Positions 24,693 to 38,748 of a DNA stretch of 64,000 bases are shown here, one piece after another (within the stretch, counting starts at the first letter, position 1; every line of letters begins with the position of its first letter). This DNA is from Octopus bimaculoides. Lineage: Eukaryota. The stretch covers positions 199,023,711 to 199,087,710 of the forward strand of contig NC_068981.1 of assembly GCF_001194135.2 (NCBI RefSeq), read 5' to 3'. The position numbers and the translations under genes were made by a program. Under the pieces are notes generated by a model. The model did not search any database, was not told the DNA's origin, and worked only from the letters and a program-made list of their open reading frames with translations.

Positions 24693-27600
24693 CTAGCAGC
24701 TAAGCCTGGTTTCACCTGGTCTGTTTGGATGATGTGGCTGTGATCGTTTTCAGTTACGCATAATCTATAACAGCATTTCTCAACCTTGTCATTTTGGGTC
24801 CCTTGTTTCGATTGGAGCCTCTAGGTGTATGAAAATTTCCCTCCTATCAAAAGACAGCTTCAGGAGTTGTGAAGAACAAATTTGTACGTAGTCTGTTTCT
24901 GAGAGCTATTCTATTGGACCTCTGTCTAATCATTAAAACGTTGATTTAATTATGAACATAGAAAGAAATTATACATTAATCCCTATTTTTTAAGCAGTTG
25001 TATCCGTAAAAGTTTTTTTTTTGCAGAGAGCAGAAATTGAAAGAATATATATGAAATGGAAGTGTGTGTGTGCATGCATGTGTGCTTGTGCATGTGTATA
25101 TGAGAGAGAAAGAGAGTGAGAAAGAGAGATAGAGTGAGTGAGTGAAGGTGTGTGTCGTGATGATTGACGTGTAAAATTTTTACGATAGTTTATGTACGGA
25201 AAAGATTATGTAAAATTTTTGAAATGCAAATATGTGAATGAAAATTAAATTCAGACCTCTACATGGTAGCCAGACCTGGTAGAAATAGCAGCCAAATCTC
25301 CCTCAAAACACCCTACTGTCTTAATCTGACAATTCTGCCTATTGTGTAGTTTGAATGAGAAACCATAACTAATGATTAAGATTATTAACCCCACAAAGGG
25401 GTGAAAGAAGAGAGACAGCATAGCGAAAGTTTTGGCTGACTGTCATCCTGTACTCCCCTTGTTGCTAGCGAAGTGGTATATGCTGGCTGTGTGAGCAACT
25501 GGTTGTTTTAATGGCAGAACAAAGAGGGGAATTCCATTAGAGAAAGTTTTAATCAATTTTCTTGGTAACTATGGGGGCTAGGAAAAAAATACAAACCGCA
25601 TTCCAATCTATGCACCTGTCTCCACATGTGTGCCATTTTTCNNNNNNNNNNCCCAGCTATTTGGCAGTGAACCTCAAGACAAGAAAGAATACAATGATTG
25701 CCCATGTCCAATTTATATTTTATATATATATATAAAGAAATGGAACAGAAACGCAATAGAGGACATTAAAACATTCGGACAGATAGACGATACAAAGGCA
25801 GACAGGAGAGACAACAATCAGAAGGACAGGCAAAAAAAGAGGGGTCATTCGTGGCTTTCTTTCCTCAGTCAAGTTGCAGAAGTCATGACCATTTTGGGAA
25901 GTTACACTTGAGACAGTTCGATCTGGTTGTCCCCCAAAAAGTCTAAGCTGTGAGCATTAGACCCCTTTGTAAGAAAGCTAGTGAATGTGTACGGCAACAA
26001 AGACAAAAACAAACAAACAAACAAAAATGGAGAACATGGTACACAATTACGAATACAAACAAGAAATAACAACAGGCGTCTTTTGACTGAGAACGAATCA
26101 AATTGAGTTGGCGTGTCTGAAGTGAAGGCCTAAAGGCAGGAACATGGGAGATGGACACGAGGTGTTGGCAGTCGGCAGTCAGGACAAGAAAGAAAGATCA
26201 TGGCTGGCCGGACACCGGTCACATGGAAGGAGGAAAGATGGGTAGTGGGCAGCGGGATTGGAGGATTAGAAAAAAATCAGAGACAAAGAGAAAGATATGA
26301 TCGCTTTGTAGTGATAGATTTTGACTGTGAAAGCTGTGTAGTCAGTGACATCATTGCTGGTCCTTCTTGTTACATTATGGCCTTACAGACCTAACCCTAA
26401 ACCTTGACTTAAATATCTTTTGGTCATTTTTTACTCTCAATAAAATTAGCAACGAATATTCTTTCTGTTGGTTTGATATTCTGTTTAGAAATATCTGGGA
26501 ATTTGGCAATTTCTTTATCATGATTTAGATTTTATAACACCAGGAGAACTGAAAACTTACAACTGGAAAACAATAAATTCAAGTGAAAGAGAAAAGCATC
26601 AATATGGCAAACACTGATCATAATTTGTAATAATAATTTCTAGATTAAAATAAACAGACAAGAGGTTTTATTTAGGTCATAATTGTATGCTATATAAGTT
26701 ATTCAGTTTAAGTAGAATGGTGTAAATACAGATGGTGCGTGCTTATTGTAACTAATCTAAATATATTGTCAGAGCACGCAATCCATTTACTGGCAATTTG
26801 CCATCGAACAATAAATCTGTGGAAATTACGGTTAAGTGCTGTTATCTAATCAACTTGTTCTTATGTCTGCAATGGAAAAGCTATAGAGTTTCAGAATGAT
26901 TTGGTACTAAAGAGAACTTTTGTCCAGAATGGGTACAAATAGATCATTTTATTAATGACAATCTGTATAAAAGATGAACCAAATAGAGAATTTACAAAAT
27001 TCGAAAAGAAATCAAACCAATTTCCCTGATTTCTATTTTATGATGTGATATTAATCAGCAGGAACAATATTTTAGATGAGTTAAGTCTGTACAAAGCACC
27101 CACAATTACATAGCAAGATTGTTCATTTAGAGTACTAATTAGCTTCAATAATTAAAGTACAACTGATCAATAGTATTACCTGTTTTCAGTATCAGGTGAT
27201 GACAATTATTAAACAATACCAAAAAGAATGTGAGGGGAAGGCAACGTTGGGTTGCAACCTGTTGGGTTGTGATATATTACAGACTACTCCAAATCACAAC
27301 TCTTTAAGATAGATTTGTATTAAGTATCACTCGCTGCTTTATAAAGTAGAGTTTGTCCATCTCATATTTAGTGTCATTCGTCCTTATTCTAAAATGTACT
27401 TTCTGCATTAAATTCCATGAAGATGTAAATTCTGTATCATTCATATTCTGAATATGTCGTTCATTCAAGATAGATAGATAAGAACGAACCAAGAACCCAT
27501 ATTACAATGACCAGACCTCTACATGTTTGTATGACCAGCTAGAAATAATCACCAAATCTTCCAATTCCATCTGACTGTCTTGAAAGAGGAAGGACACATA

Positions 27601-28183
27601 CAATCCAGGATAATGTAGTCCGAGGTTGACAAGACCTTAAACAAAAACTGGATAATCACACTTTGACCATTTGTTTGCTGAATGAAGCTGACCCTGACCT
27701 TTACCACCATTGTCATCACCACCACCACCACCACCAAAGCACTCAATACTCTTCAACTAGTAGCCATATTTGTTTCTCTATTTCATACAATTTCTTATCA
27801 AAGCTCTATTTCAGAATTCTCTTCATCCATAGAAATCTGGCATTTTGACACAAACTTTAATTACAAAGGAAACAATTCTGACAATTACCAATTCCACATC
27901 TCTTTACCTGCAGAGTTGTTTGTGTTGTTTAATCTTTTAGGAGAAATATCTTTCTTTTAATATTTTCTCCTCTAACAGCCAAATATATTTCTTCATTACA
28001 TTTGCATTCATCTCACCATTTCATTCCATGTTGCAGAAGAATTATTTTTTCTTTTCTTTTCAAGACATTCTTCAAATTACAGCATGGAGAATCTCATTTG
28101 AAACCTGTTTTTTAAAACTGTGTGTCTGTGTGTCCTAGGAATTTTCTGTAAATGGATGTAAGCCAATAATAATGATAGTGGTA

Positions 28184-28398
28184 ATGGTTTCAAATTTTGG
28201 CACAAGGCCAGCAATTTTTGGATAGGGGTTAAGTTGATTACATTGATCCCAGTGGTCAACTAGTATTAATTTTTTGACCCCGAAAGAATGAAAGACAATG
28301 TCAACCTTGATGGAATTTGAACTCAGAATGTAATGATAGATGAAATGCCACAAAGTATTTTGTCCAGCTTGCTAACAATTCTGCCAGCTCACCACCTT
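28184..28398 (-). mobile_element. tRNA-derived SINE related to family E, different 3' end
   Basis: GACCCCGAAAGAATGAAAG...GGAATTTGAACTCAGAATGTAA...CTGCCAGCTCACCACC. Degenerate relatives lie at ~23820-24400. Confidence 0.75.
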
Positions 28399-28432
28399 GG
28401 TAATAATAATAATAATAATAAGAAGAAGAATT

Positions 28433-28599
28433 AGGCATGGCTGTGTGGTAAGAAGTTTGCTTCTCAACCATGTGGTTTTGGGTTCTGTCCCATTGTGGGA
28501 TACTTTAAGTAAGTGTCCTCTAATATAGCCCCAAGCTAACCAAAGCCTTCTGCGTTGATTTGGTAGATGGAAACTGAAAGAAGCTTGTCATGTGTGTGT
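28433..28599 (+). mobile_element. tRNA-derived SINE, family A, 5' half
   Basis: GGCATGGCTGTGTGGTAAGAAGTTTGCTT...GATTTGGTAGATGGAAACTGAAAGAAG, adjacent to a (TAA)n tract. Confidence 0.82.
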
Positions 28600-28798
28600 T
28601 ACTGTCACTTAGACTCGACATCATATGGTGTCAACATTTGTTCTCTCCCTCCACTCCACATGTAATGTTTAAGGTATGGTGGCAAATGTGGGGTTCAAGG
28701 TACGTGAGTAGATGAGGTTTTGCAAGTGCAGTGTTTTGCAGATTTGGTGTTTAAGGTTCGGGGTGACTAAAGTGACTTTTTTTCTATAATTTTGACAT

Positions 28799-29100
28799 GT
28801 CACATATAAACTGTGCCACCATGTCCTCCCGTCACCTATAAACTGTGTCCTCCTGTCACCTATAAACTATACCACTATGTCCTCCTGTCACATATAAACT
28901 GTGCCACCGTGTCCTCTTGTCACCTATAAACTGTGCCACCGTGTCCTCTTGTCACCTATAAACTGTGCCACCGTTTACTCTTGTCACCTATAAACTGTGC
29001 CACCGTGTCCTCTTGTCACCTATAAACTGTGCCATCGTGTCCTCCTGTCACCTATAAACTGTGCCACCATGTCCTCCTGTCACCTATAAATTATATGCCT
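28799..29100. repeat. 32-bp minisatellite (~9 copies)
   Basis: Unit TGTCACCTATAAACTGTGCCACCGTGTCCTCT with period 32 (e.g. CACCTATA at 28921 and 28953); decays rightwards to ~29290. Confidence 0.95.
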
Positions 29101-29309
29101 GTGTCTTCCTGTGTTTTGTAAACTGTTCCACTGTGTCTGCTTTAGAAACCTCATTACTCTGTCCCCTTGTTGCTTATAAACTGCACCGTTGCACTCTCTT
29201 GTCTTATGTAATGTGTATCACTCTGTCCTCTTGTCTCCGTTGTACTTTATCACTATTGCCTGATATCTTTTATAAACTACAACTATAAATACATTTTTTT
29301 TTATTGCAG

Positions 29310-29333
29310 GGTGGTGGCAGGACTCCTTATTTA
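29310..29333 (+). CDS. Candidate 24-nt microexon (GGGRTPYL), possibly MCU N-terminal region
   Basis: Acceptor TTTTTTTTTATTGCAG, then GGT GGT GGC AGG ACT CCT TAT TTA, then donor GTATGT; phase 0-0. No homology evidence. Confidence 0.3.
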
Positions 29334-31329
29334 GTATGTATATGTGGGACATATTGTACCAGGATTATAAACAGAAATGGTAAGACAATGATAATGTTAT
29401 AAATTTGAGTTTATCATTATAAGAATTTTAAGTATTGAGAATAGTGAACCAGTTTGTGAAAATATGGCATCCATCTGAAGGTTGTTTGCTTAACTCTTTG
29501 ATAGTCTTTTAGAGGAAATCTTTGTTTTATTGTTAGTATTGGTTGTAGCAAACCACATTTTCTGTAAAACATTTGGAAGAATGATTAGTTGATATATTTT
29601 CAATACAAAATCAAAAGATTATGTTTTATCAATTTATTTTTGGCTGTTCTCTTTCATTGCATAGATATCAATTATATAGTTTCCAGGTGGTTTTGTCTAT
29701 ATATTTTTTTTAATTACCAAGTTTTTATTTGTTGAAAGTTGCTTGATTTTAGATTTATCATCTTTATTTTATACTCCTTAAACCATTGACAAGTATCGGA
29801 ACTGGTGGAGTTTTATCTTGTTTTGGGCACTAATACACTTAGTAGAAATTCAACTAGAGTTCATTTGTCAAGCAATTGGCCAAATATATACCAACTCTGT
29901 TCTCTCTGTTGTATGCCAACCGTACAATAAACATCCAGCTATAGAAGTCATGTCAGATCAGACTGGAGTCTGGTGCAGCTTACCAGCTCTGGTCAAATCA
30001 TCCAGCCCATGCCAGCATGGACAATGGATATTGAATGACGATGATTGCACAGCAACTATACAAAATTCAGGTGAACCAGTAAGGAATTCTCTGTGTCTGG
30101 GATAAGAAACTCTTTGTCACAAACAATATTACGTTCATTAAAACTTGAAAGTGATCACTGATAAAATCCTAAGACGAAAACATTTTCTATAAGTTTCTAA
30201 CATATGGTCTTGTGGTCAGTGTGTTGGATTCCCCATGGTGATAGGGCGATGGCTTTGATTCCTCATCTAATTGCTACATTGTGTCAGTTTACTAAGCCTG
30301 TAAATCCTGTACCTGGTACTGGTGCAGCTTCACTACCCAACTCTGTCACATCCTGGTTCTCCAACTTGATCAAGATTCAGGAATACACAGCCTCACAGAT
30401 GAATTATTCTATAGTAACATGAAAGATACCATTTTGGGAGGGATATTGTAATTCTGCCAGCATTTGGTTTCTCAGTTCTCAATGCCAACACACACCTATC
30501 CTCGGGATAAAAACTGGGTGCAAAACTTCCAGGAGTCTACTCACAAGAGAGATCTCAGCCAATGAAATATAAGATTTCAGAGGTTGAGTACACCAACACC
30601 TTTAGTTATTCTCCCACTTATGGAACCACAGTAAACAAACAGTGATTAACCTGTGACAAATCTATAACCAAACCAAAAGGTGTGTCTTTTTCCTTCTTTA
30701 GAACACTTACACTGGAGAAACTTGGGAGTTGTTCTTTCTTTTGCAAATTCTCAGTTTTACTGAAGCTGGAGATGCATTTTCCTTTAAAATGGTTTGAGAG
30801 GATATTACAACACTGTTCTCTAGAATACTTGTTGTTGAATGTTTAGCAGCCAGAATGGTCTTTAAAATATTCCACTGGTTGTAAATGGTGGACATGGAGA
30901 TAGTTAAAATGTTAGTAATTAAAAAGTATTTAAATAAAAAAAATTGTCAAGAATTTAGAAAAATAGAGTTAAAGAAAATGGCAATTCAGGTTGGAGTTCC
31001 CCATTATCTCTGATGGAATTATAATCAACAAAACCTTCATTCATCCAGAATCCCAAATATTTTTTAATCCAAGAAGACAAGGATTTCTTATAAGATGAAA
31101 GCCCTTTGTTTTTTTACTGGTTTCAGCCATTCGATATTGGCCATGCTGGGGCAATGTCTTCAAGATTGCAATCAATCTTTTCAAACCCCAAACTGATTTA
31201 CTTGATCTCTGTTTGTGACAGCACTAAGTTAAGGGGCATAAAAGGATACAACTTATATAACACCAATTTTGTGAATGGTGTAAATATAAAACACACACAC
31301 ATCTGGCACAAGACTGCTTCCTTTCAATG

Positions 31330-31612
31330 TCCCCTCCTCTCTCAAAAGATCTTTGTCTTGCAAGTTACTTGGTGACCCTATCAGCCCACACTGTAAAATG
31401 GTTGACGTTTGGAAGGGCATCCAGGTGTTGAAAAAGCCATGCCAAAACTAATCTTACCTGTGCTGGTGCCACATAAAAAACACTCAGTCCACTCAGCAGA
31501 GTGGTTGGGGTTAGGAAGGGCATCGAGCTGTAAAAACGGTGCCTGGCCAGCTTCTATCAAACAATCCAACCCATGCCAGCATGGAAGGCAGACGTTAAAT
31601 GATGATGATGAC
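31330..31612 (+). mobile_element. RTE-type 3' tail with partial internal duplication
   Basis: Two GGAAGGGCATC motifs; ends CCAACCCATGCCAGCATGGAAGGCAGACGTTAAATGATGATGATG. Confidence 0.8.
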
Positions 31613-31870
31613 AAAACAGAACATATGAGATGTTTACTTGCACCATCTTACATATATTTCATAAACATGAGGTGATTATTAGGTACATAATGTAAATCAT
31701 ATAATTAAGATTGATCAAATCATCAGCGACTTGTGTCTTTTATACATAACATTATTGGATTATAGAAATGTTGATAGAATCAACCACACATGTACATGCT
31801 TGCATCTGTTTAAAATCTTCTTCCAGTTATACATTTGTATCTATATAAAATTTTTCTATATATATATATA

Positions 31871-31903
<33 letters not shown>

Positions 31904-32609
31904 CTGTGTCTATATAAAACTCACTCATTTATGTACATCTGTAAATATATAAAACTTGTATTCCGTTTATCCATTTATACATTGGAATCTGTATGTATCT
32001 AAGTTTTGGAACCACTGTATTTGTTATTTAAGCAAATTCTTTCAGCAACTATTTTCTTAATTTTCATTTACATAGCAACATTTCCTTTCCTAAAATAGAA
32101 TACTAAATTCAAATGTTATGATGCTTAAATTAAAAAATCTCTGGTGCTATTTTGTCCTTTCATCAACACTTGTGGCACAAATTTTTGTACTTGAACTGAC
32201 ATTTCAGCAGATTAATTCCCCTCCGCTTTAGGAAAATGTCTTTAAATAAAGGAATGCTTAAAGAGTTAACATCCCAACAGAGTGCCTTGTAGATGTTTTT
32301 TGAGCATTACCTGTTCAGGAATGGATTTTTTGAGGAAAGTTTGTAGTTCTTGTAGACTGCTTTCTTTCTCTGTCTAAATTTCCTCCTTTAACAACTTAGC
32401 ATTTTTCCCATCAAGTGGAAACCGTTGTTCTACTAATTTGTAAAATCAATAAATAGATAAAATTTTGGATTCTTGTCAATGTATCTTCATCTTGTATCCA
32501 TTGAGAAGTATTACTAAATATTTTCATTTAGATATGTCTGTATGATGTGTGGAATTTGAAACCTGTGTATATAGTTACAAGTAGTTGTTTGTAAATATAT
32601 TTCCTGCAG

Positions 32610-32787
32610 GGATGCTTCAACAGGGTCAGTATCCCTATTTTAATGCTTACAACTTCAACCTCTTCCTTGCACACCTCTGTCTCCTCTTTCTGCCTCTTCC
32701 ATTGCTGTTACAGCAGTCTCTGTTCTTTGGAACTGGTCGATCATCGTAGCCACTCTAAACTCACTTGTCTCAGTGATTTCACTGATC
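32610..32787 (+). CDS. Candidate upstream MCU coding exon
   Basis: Acceptor TTTCCTGCAG, 59 open codons (GCFNRVSIPILMLTTSTSSLHTSVSSFCLFHCCYSSLCSLELVDHRSHSKLTCLSDFTD) plus 1 nt, donor GTTAGC. Phase 0 to 1 fits the phase-1 start of the MCU exon at 63017. A competing donor GTCAGT at 32625 would give a 15-nt exon instead. Confidence 0.3.
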
Positions 32788-34399
32788 GTTAGCAGAAAAA
32801 TGTTTGCTTTTGTAAATGTTATTAGATGAGTTTCTTAATTAGCATTCTAAGCAGCATTACTGATACACTTCTGCATAATCTACAGAAAGCACGTATTTCT
32901 TAAACAAGGTACACACACTTCCCAAATAGACAGTCTACAGATGTTCTAAATCAAGTCTACAACATAATTTCAGTCCTTGATTCTACTAATTCTATTTTAA
33001 TTATGTTGCTTTTTCTTAACAGAAAAACACATGGTATCAGCGTTCCCTGGTCTCTTTTCTCCTCCTTTTCATCTCCATGACATCATCAAAAAGTCATTTC
33101 AGTGGTTATTAACTACAATTAAATCTCACTTCAAATTTATAAAAACTATTTCTAAATTTCAGGTGCCTTTGTATCATCTTCATTGTTAATTCATTCCATT
33201 GTCTTCACTCTGTTGTTACTATTAACTGTCTTCTACTTCATTTTAACTGTTGATTTGAACAGTCTTACAAAGTAGACTCCCTCTAGCTGACTTTGAAACC
33301 TCCTAGATTGGTTATGTCTGGCAAATAGTCACAGGAGATAATTTTGTCTTAGACTTTTTGCTAATCAGATATTACATATCAACTTAATTACTTTGGTCAT
33401 AACTAAGTTTCTGACAACACTCAGTCAACTTCTTATCTGTTTACTGGTACAACTGTTTGTACTATTCAAAAGAAAACCTAGGCCTCAAAATACACACCTA
33501 CATGGTATGTACACACGTGTGTGTGTGTGTGTGTGTGTGAACATGTAAACAGGAGCAAGGACAATATACATTTTTCTCTGTAATACATTTTGCTTCTCGC
33601 ACACAACCACATGAAAATCTGAAATGTCACAATGAATTGGTGGGGGGGGGGGGTTAGTGTGACTTGAGAGGTTTAATGCTAGATAATATGAAGGGAATTA
33701 TTTGAAGGGAGTTGAATGAAGAATATGATATTAATTCATGGAATTATGAAAACAAAGAGAAAAAAGGGTGGAAACTAATGCCCCCATCTATTACCGCAGA
33801 AGGGGCAACCATTGCTGCTTTGATTCTCTTCGATCTTCCATTTGATGTTGGTTGTTTAATTCATAATGTTCTCAAAATTGCTATTTTCTTTTCTCTTTTT
33901 TCCTCTCAAATGTATTTCCATTTGCAGTGTTTGAGAGGAGAAATAAAGCAAATTAACTGGCAGACCAAAGAAAACAAAACCATATTGATAATAAATTAAT
34001 ATCTAAATAAGACAAAAATGAGAAAGTTGAAAGAAAACTAAAATGTTTGCACCAGCAATTTTTTACATTGACAGTCTAAGATTAGTTCAGTGCTGAGTCT
34101 GCAATAAATTGGCTAAAAGAATAGTTCTAATGACTTTCTATATTTACATAGAACTTTAGAGGCAAAAGGAAATGAACAGAAAATACCAGAAATTCTCAAA
34201 AACAAAATAGACCCTCTACTTTATTAATCTCTTGGCATTTCCTTCAAGAGTGATATCTTAATCTCAGAGCTATGATTATGGTTCTTTATTGTCATCATCA
34301 TCATCAATCATTATTGCATGAGTTCAGCAAAACATCAATAATATAACAAACATTTCATCACTTGTTGCAGTCTTTTGTCATCATCAGATCTTCATATCC

Positions 34400-35210
34400 C
34401 GAAACCAGTCCCCACTTCTTCTTCCCAAGTCTTCTTTCACTTTCCTCTCCCATACGTTCTTTTCATAGATTACTTATCATTTCCTTACTCGACAGACGTT
34501 TACAGACAATCTCCTCTTTTACATATGACAGCTGAGTCTTCTCGTATCCAGTTTTTCTCCCTCATTATTTATCCTTCGTTGTTCATTCGTGTTAACATTA
34601 CACGTCCAGTAAAGCGTACCTCTCTCGTCTCTTTCTTCTACCTTCCTCTATCTTTTCCATTCAATACTTATATTTCTCTGAACTTTTACCCCATTCTCCA
34701 TTTTAGTGATGTCTTCAGAAACCCTTCTCTGCTGCTATTTTGGTCATTTACATAATAGAAGCCATCAACCACTTCAATAGGAGAACCTTCTGAACATTTG
34801 GAAGAATTCATTTCACTTGTGTTCTTACAGACAACAATTCTTCTTCCTCCGCCTGCTTCTAACCCCCTGCACCCTTGTGTACCCTTGAACCGTCCAACCC
34901 ATGCCAGCATGGAAAACGGACGTTAAACAATGATGCTATAGAATTCCTTTCAACTGTTTTTCTGCATCTTTAAGTTTACTTTCATTTCTGTCAATTCTAC
35001 GTTTTGCTTTCCATGTTTGGAATTTTTTTTTTTTTGTTTTCCTCTAAGTCTTCGACATACAGCTCTGAGAACTAAGTCATTAGCATGTAGAAGTTCCCAT
35101 GGGCAGCAGATCTTAAGCTCTTCTGATATGACCCTGAAGACTTTAATAAACAGGAGGGGGCTGAAAGCTGAAACTTGGGCACCTACCTTCATGTTTACCA
35201 ATTCTCATCT
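34400..35210 (-). mobile_element. RTE-clade LINE RT-region fragment, interrupted by a + strand tail (~34870-34935)
   Basis: VGAQVSAFSPLLFIKV...CCPWELLHANDLVL resembles RTE VHQGSVLSPLLF...CPWELLYADDL. EGSPIEVVDGFYYVND resembles LEVVD.F.YLGD. Confidence 0.8.
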
Positions 35211-35469
35211 CTCTGATAATATCTCTGTATATAGCTTTCACGACTCTCATTATTTCTTCAGTTCAAGTGTGACATCCTGTGCCTGGTGGATAAATGCTAA
35301 TTATTGGGGATGCCTGAGATTGCACTCCAGACTTTGCTTTAATTTATGCAAGTTGCACTCAAATCTCAACCAGAGATGTCAAGGGGCAACAGGGTTTTGC
35401 ATCTAAAGGTGCAAACAGGTAAGGTGTCATGCAATTGAAAACACTGAAGTCTGGGGTGGGGGGGGGGAA

Positions 35470-37260
35470 GATAAAATAAGGTTGCATTTACATGGAGAGG
35501 AATTTACATAGACCTTGTGATGTAGCCATGAGGATAATCTTTTGTAATTTGCTTCTTTTGGGACTGCCAGGGATTTGGTCTCCATATTTGTTTGCTCCTT
35601 TTGATATAATTCCAAGTACTCCAATAATAATAGATAATGTTTTGGCTTTGAAATGCCACATTCTTCTTATTTCAATTTCTCGGTCCTTATGTTTGCTCAG
35701 TTTCTCAAATGTTTTCCAAGATGTGTTTTTGTCAGCTGGGCTGGGACTGCAACCATTAATAGACAAGTCTTTTCAACACGATTGATATCTGGTCAGTTAG
35801 CCTGGCTTTCTCAATCAGAACCCTGAAATTCCAAAGGGAGCTAAGCCTTGGCTGGCTTGTGCTGGCTTGTGTTTCCATCTGTTATTTTTACGAGGGAAGT
35901 TGTCTGTGCAGCATATTGACCTGTGTCTGTACTGAGGTTTTCCTGTCCTGCCTTTCCAAGTATTCTGTTGATGCCAGTCAGCTGGACCCAGAGATTATGT
36001 GCTTGATTATCTTTGGATGTTCTTCACATACATGGCATCGTGCTTTCATATTTTAGGACATTACTCTGGTAATTCCTAATTGGAAGGGACTGGTCCTCAG
36101 GAGCAATGACATACCCCTCAATTTCTGGGTTTGAAACCAGAGCATGTCAGCCACTGATGATCTACATCAGGGTCCCTGGCTCTTCTCAGCTATTTGCCAT
36201 GCTCTGGCTTTTGCTCTCATTTCTCCTTCATATATTGGAGGCTGGTTTCTTTTATATTTGTTTTGCCTTGTTGGTTGAGGTGACATTTTCTTTGGCTGCT
36301 TGTTCATCTAGTTATATTTTTTGAAGATATATTTTTCCATTTTATGTCACTGAGTTTAACTTTTTAATATCCTCATGTTTCGGAACCAGCTTTAACATCC
36401 GGTCATTTGTTTGTTGCCGGTGGGCAGACAGTCCCATGGTTGCAGTCTTCAATGAGAGTTGAGATTGTGTTAACCACCTTCTTTTTTCGGGAGGTATATT
36501 TCGTCTGTCTGCTTTGGGCTGATGCATACAATGCAGTTACATCAGCTTTGGGATTTTGACATCAACTTCATTAATCTCAGAGAGGGACTAGCTTATAACA
36601 TGGAAAGCATATGTCATTACAGGTACAGCCAGTATATTTATGGCCTCAATTTTGTTTCTGACATTCAACTTGGTTTCCAGAAGAGTTCTTACTCTCTGAT
36701 GGTAATCCTTCCTTATCTTTTGTATCCTCAATGAATGTTTAATCCCATCTCCTTCACATATTCTTAGATACTTAAGACTGCCCTCAGGTTCTAATTCTTC
36801 TATCTTGGTGTCTCTATCTAAGGGGATGCTGTATGTATTTGATATTTTTCTCTTGACAAGTAACCCTGGTATATTTGTCCAACCCAAGTTCCAGTTTGAT
36901 ATCATCAATAAATTGTTAGTCATCCATATAGAGGAGATGGTTATTTTCCCCTTCACCTTGTATCCATAATTTGTCATAATTTGTTTCATTCATGAGTATA
37001 CTTTGAGGAATCCGTGCTAAGCAGAATAACAAAAGAGGTAATGATTCTCCTTGAAGCAGTCCACAATTAATATTGACTTGTCCAACATTCATACATTTAT
37101 ACATTCAAACATCTCCTTTATCCAGCTGCAAGAAAGATTATCAAAGGCCTTCTTGGAGTCTGTTCCAGGCCACTGAAAGAGGTTTTTTCCTGTTGTAATA
37201 AACTCCATTTTGTTTACAGTTTTTTTCTTCATTTTGGAAGATGTTGGTTAATGAGGGAAG
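35470..37260 (-). mobile_element. R4/Dong-like non-LTR retrotransposon fragment (RT to endonuclease region)
   Basis: GLLQGESLPLLLFCLA...NNHLLYMDD (RT), KDYHQRVRTLLETKLNVRNKIEAINILAVPVMTY and HQPKAD (thumb), KHKDREIEIRRMW..K...IIIGVLG...LQKIILMAT (C-terminal restriction-like endonuclease region). Confidence 0.85.
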
Positions 37261-37489
37261 CACATGCGTATTCCATTTGGACAGATTTAAGGTACTTGTA
37301 CATTGTTATAAGGTGTGTTAGAGGTCTGTAATTCTTAGAGTTTTTATTGTTTTGTCTTTTTTAGCGGGTAAAAAAAAGTGATACCGTTAGCCAGCTATTC
37401 CAAAGTCGTTTACAGTTCCTTTGTAATTACATTGTAACAAGAAGTTAACTTTTTGTGTATGTTGCATTTGGAATCAATATTCTTGATAC

Positions 37490-37850
37490 TGGGCCACAAC
37501 TAGTTTCCTTTAGCAACCCAGGACCTTTTAAACAATTCTGGTTGTTCCTAATAGAGCATATTTCTGTATTAATGCAGCTCTCATAGTTCCACCAATCTCA
37601 ATTAGGAAACCACCATGTCCATTGGTAATGCTATCTAAATGGTATCTAGGACACCTATAACCCTTCAGGCTTCACATTTCCCTTGCCAAGTTCTGGTATT
37701 TTCTTATTTCTCTTGTTCTTTAATTGCTCCATTCATATTAGCAGACACAGTCACATCTATCATGATGCACTCTTTTGCCATCATGTCCAGAATGATAGTA
37801 TCTGGTCAACTTTCTTGAATTTCCTGGTCAGTCTGTATGGTTGTAAACTG
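37490..37850 (-). mobile_element. Separate R4/Dong-like C-terminal fragment
   Basis: IQTDQEIQESRPDTIILDMMAKECIMIDVTVSAN...EQEK matches the REL motif RPDI.....K.C..ID. Confidence 0.65.
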
Positions 37851-38361
37851 AGGCCTGACTGACCCCTGTCTAACTATTAAATTCTTTGATAAACTTATTG
37901 TTACCTCTCACCTTCCTAACGGCTCCTCTGTTTCAAACAGAAGAAACCTTTCAACATTGAGTTCTTGATGAAGTGTGGGTGCAAAGCTGATTGACATCTG
38001 TAGGAGGCTACAGTTGTTTTTTGTTTTACGATGGTGACACTATTCACATGTACAATATGGTTTCTATACTGCCCTCTCCAAAGCCATTCATCTAATCTTA
38101 GATTTCTTACTGATCACCACATTACAGTGTTGGGAATCCTCAAAAGCCTTCTTCAGGTCAACAATTCCTTATTATAGGGGTTTGCTCCGAGCTAATTCCT
38201 TCTCCTATATTTATCTCACTTTATTTTTCTTTCAGAAGTTGTTTCTTTTTCTTTCTTCTTTAATTGCTTCTGTCTTGTGTGCTTTTACTCTTGCAGTCGT
38301 TGAGGATGATACTAATGTGCAGCATATAATACATAACCTACAAATATATATATATGTATAT

Positions 38362-38405
<44 letters not shown>

Positions 38406-38439
38406 GGGTAACCATGTACCTCCTCTACACGACACCTCT

Positions 38440-38680
38440 TTCTGTCTCTGTCACACTCTAACCTTTCATCATCTGGCATGAGATCACCTCCAATTCTGCC
38501 TCTCCTCTCAAAGGGTCTTTGTCTTGTGAGTTATTTGGTGACCCTGCCAGTGCTGGTGCCATGTAAAAAGCATCCAGTTCGCACTGCAAAGTGGTTGTCA
38601 TTTGGAAGGGCATCCAGCTGTAAAAAATCATGCCAAACCCATGCCAGCATGGAAAAACACATTAAAAGCTGATGATGAAA
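38440..38680 (+). mobile_element. RTE-type 3' tail
   Basis: GGTGACCCTGCCAGTGCTGGTGCC...GGAAGGGCATCCAGCTGT...CCCATGCCAGCATGGAAAA...GATGATG. Confidence 0.78.
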
Positions 38681-38689
38681 TACATATAA

Positions 38690-38748
<59 letters not shown>

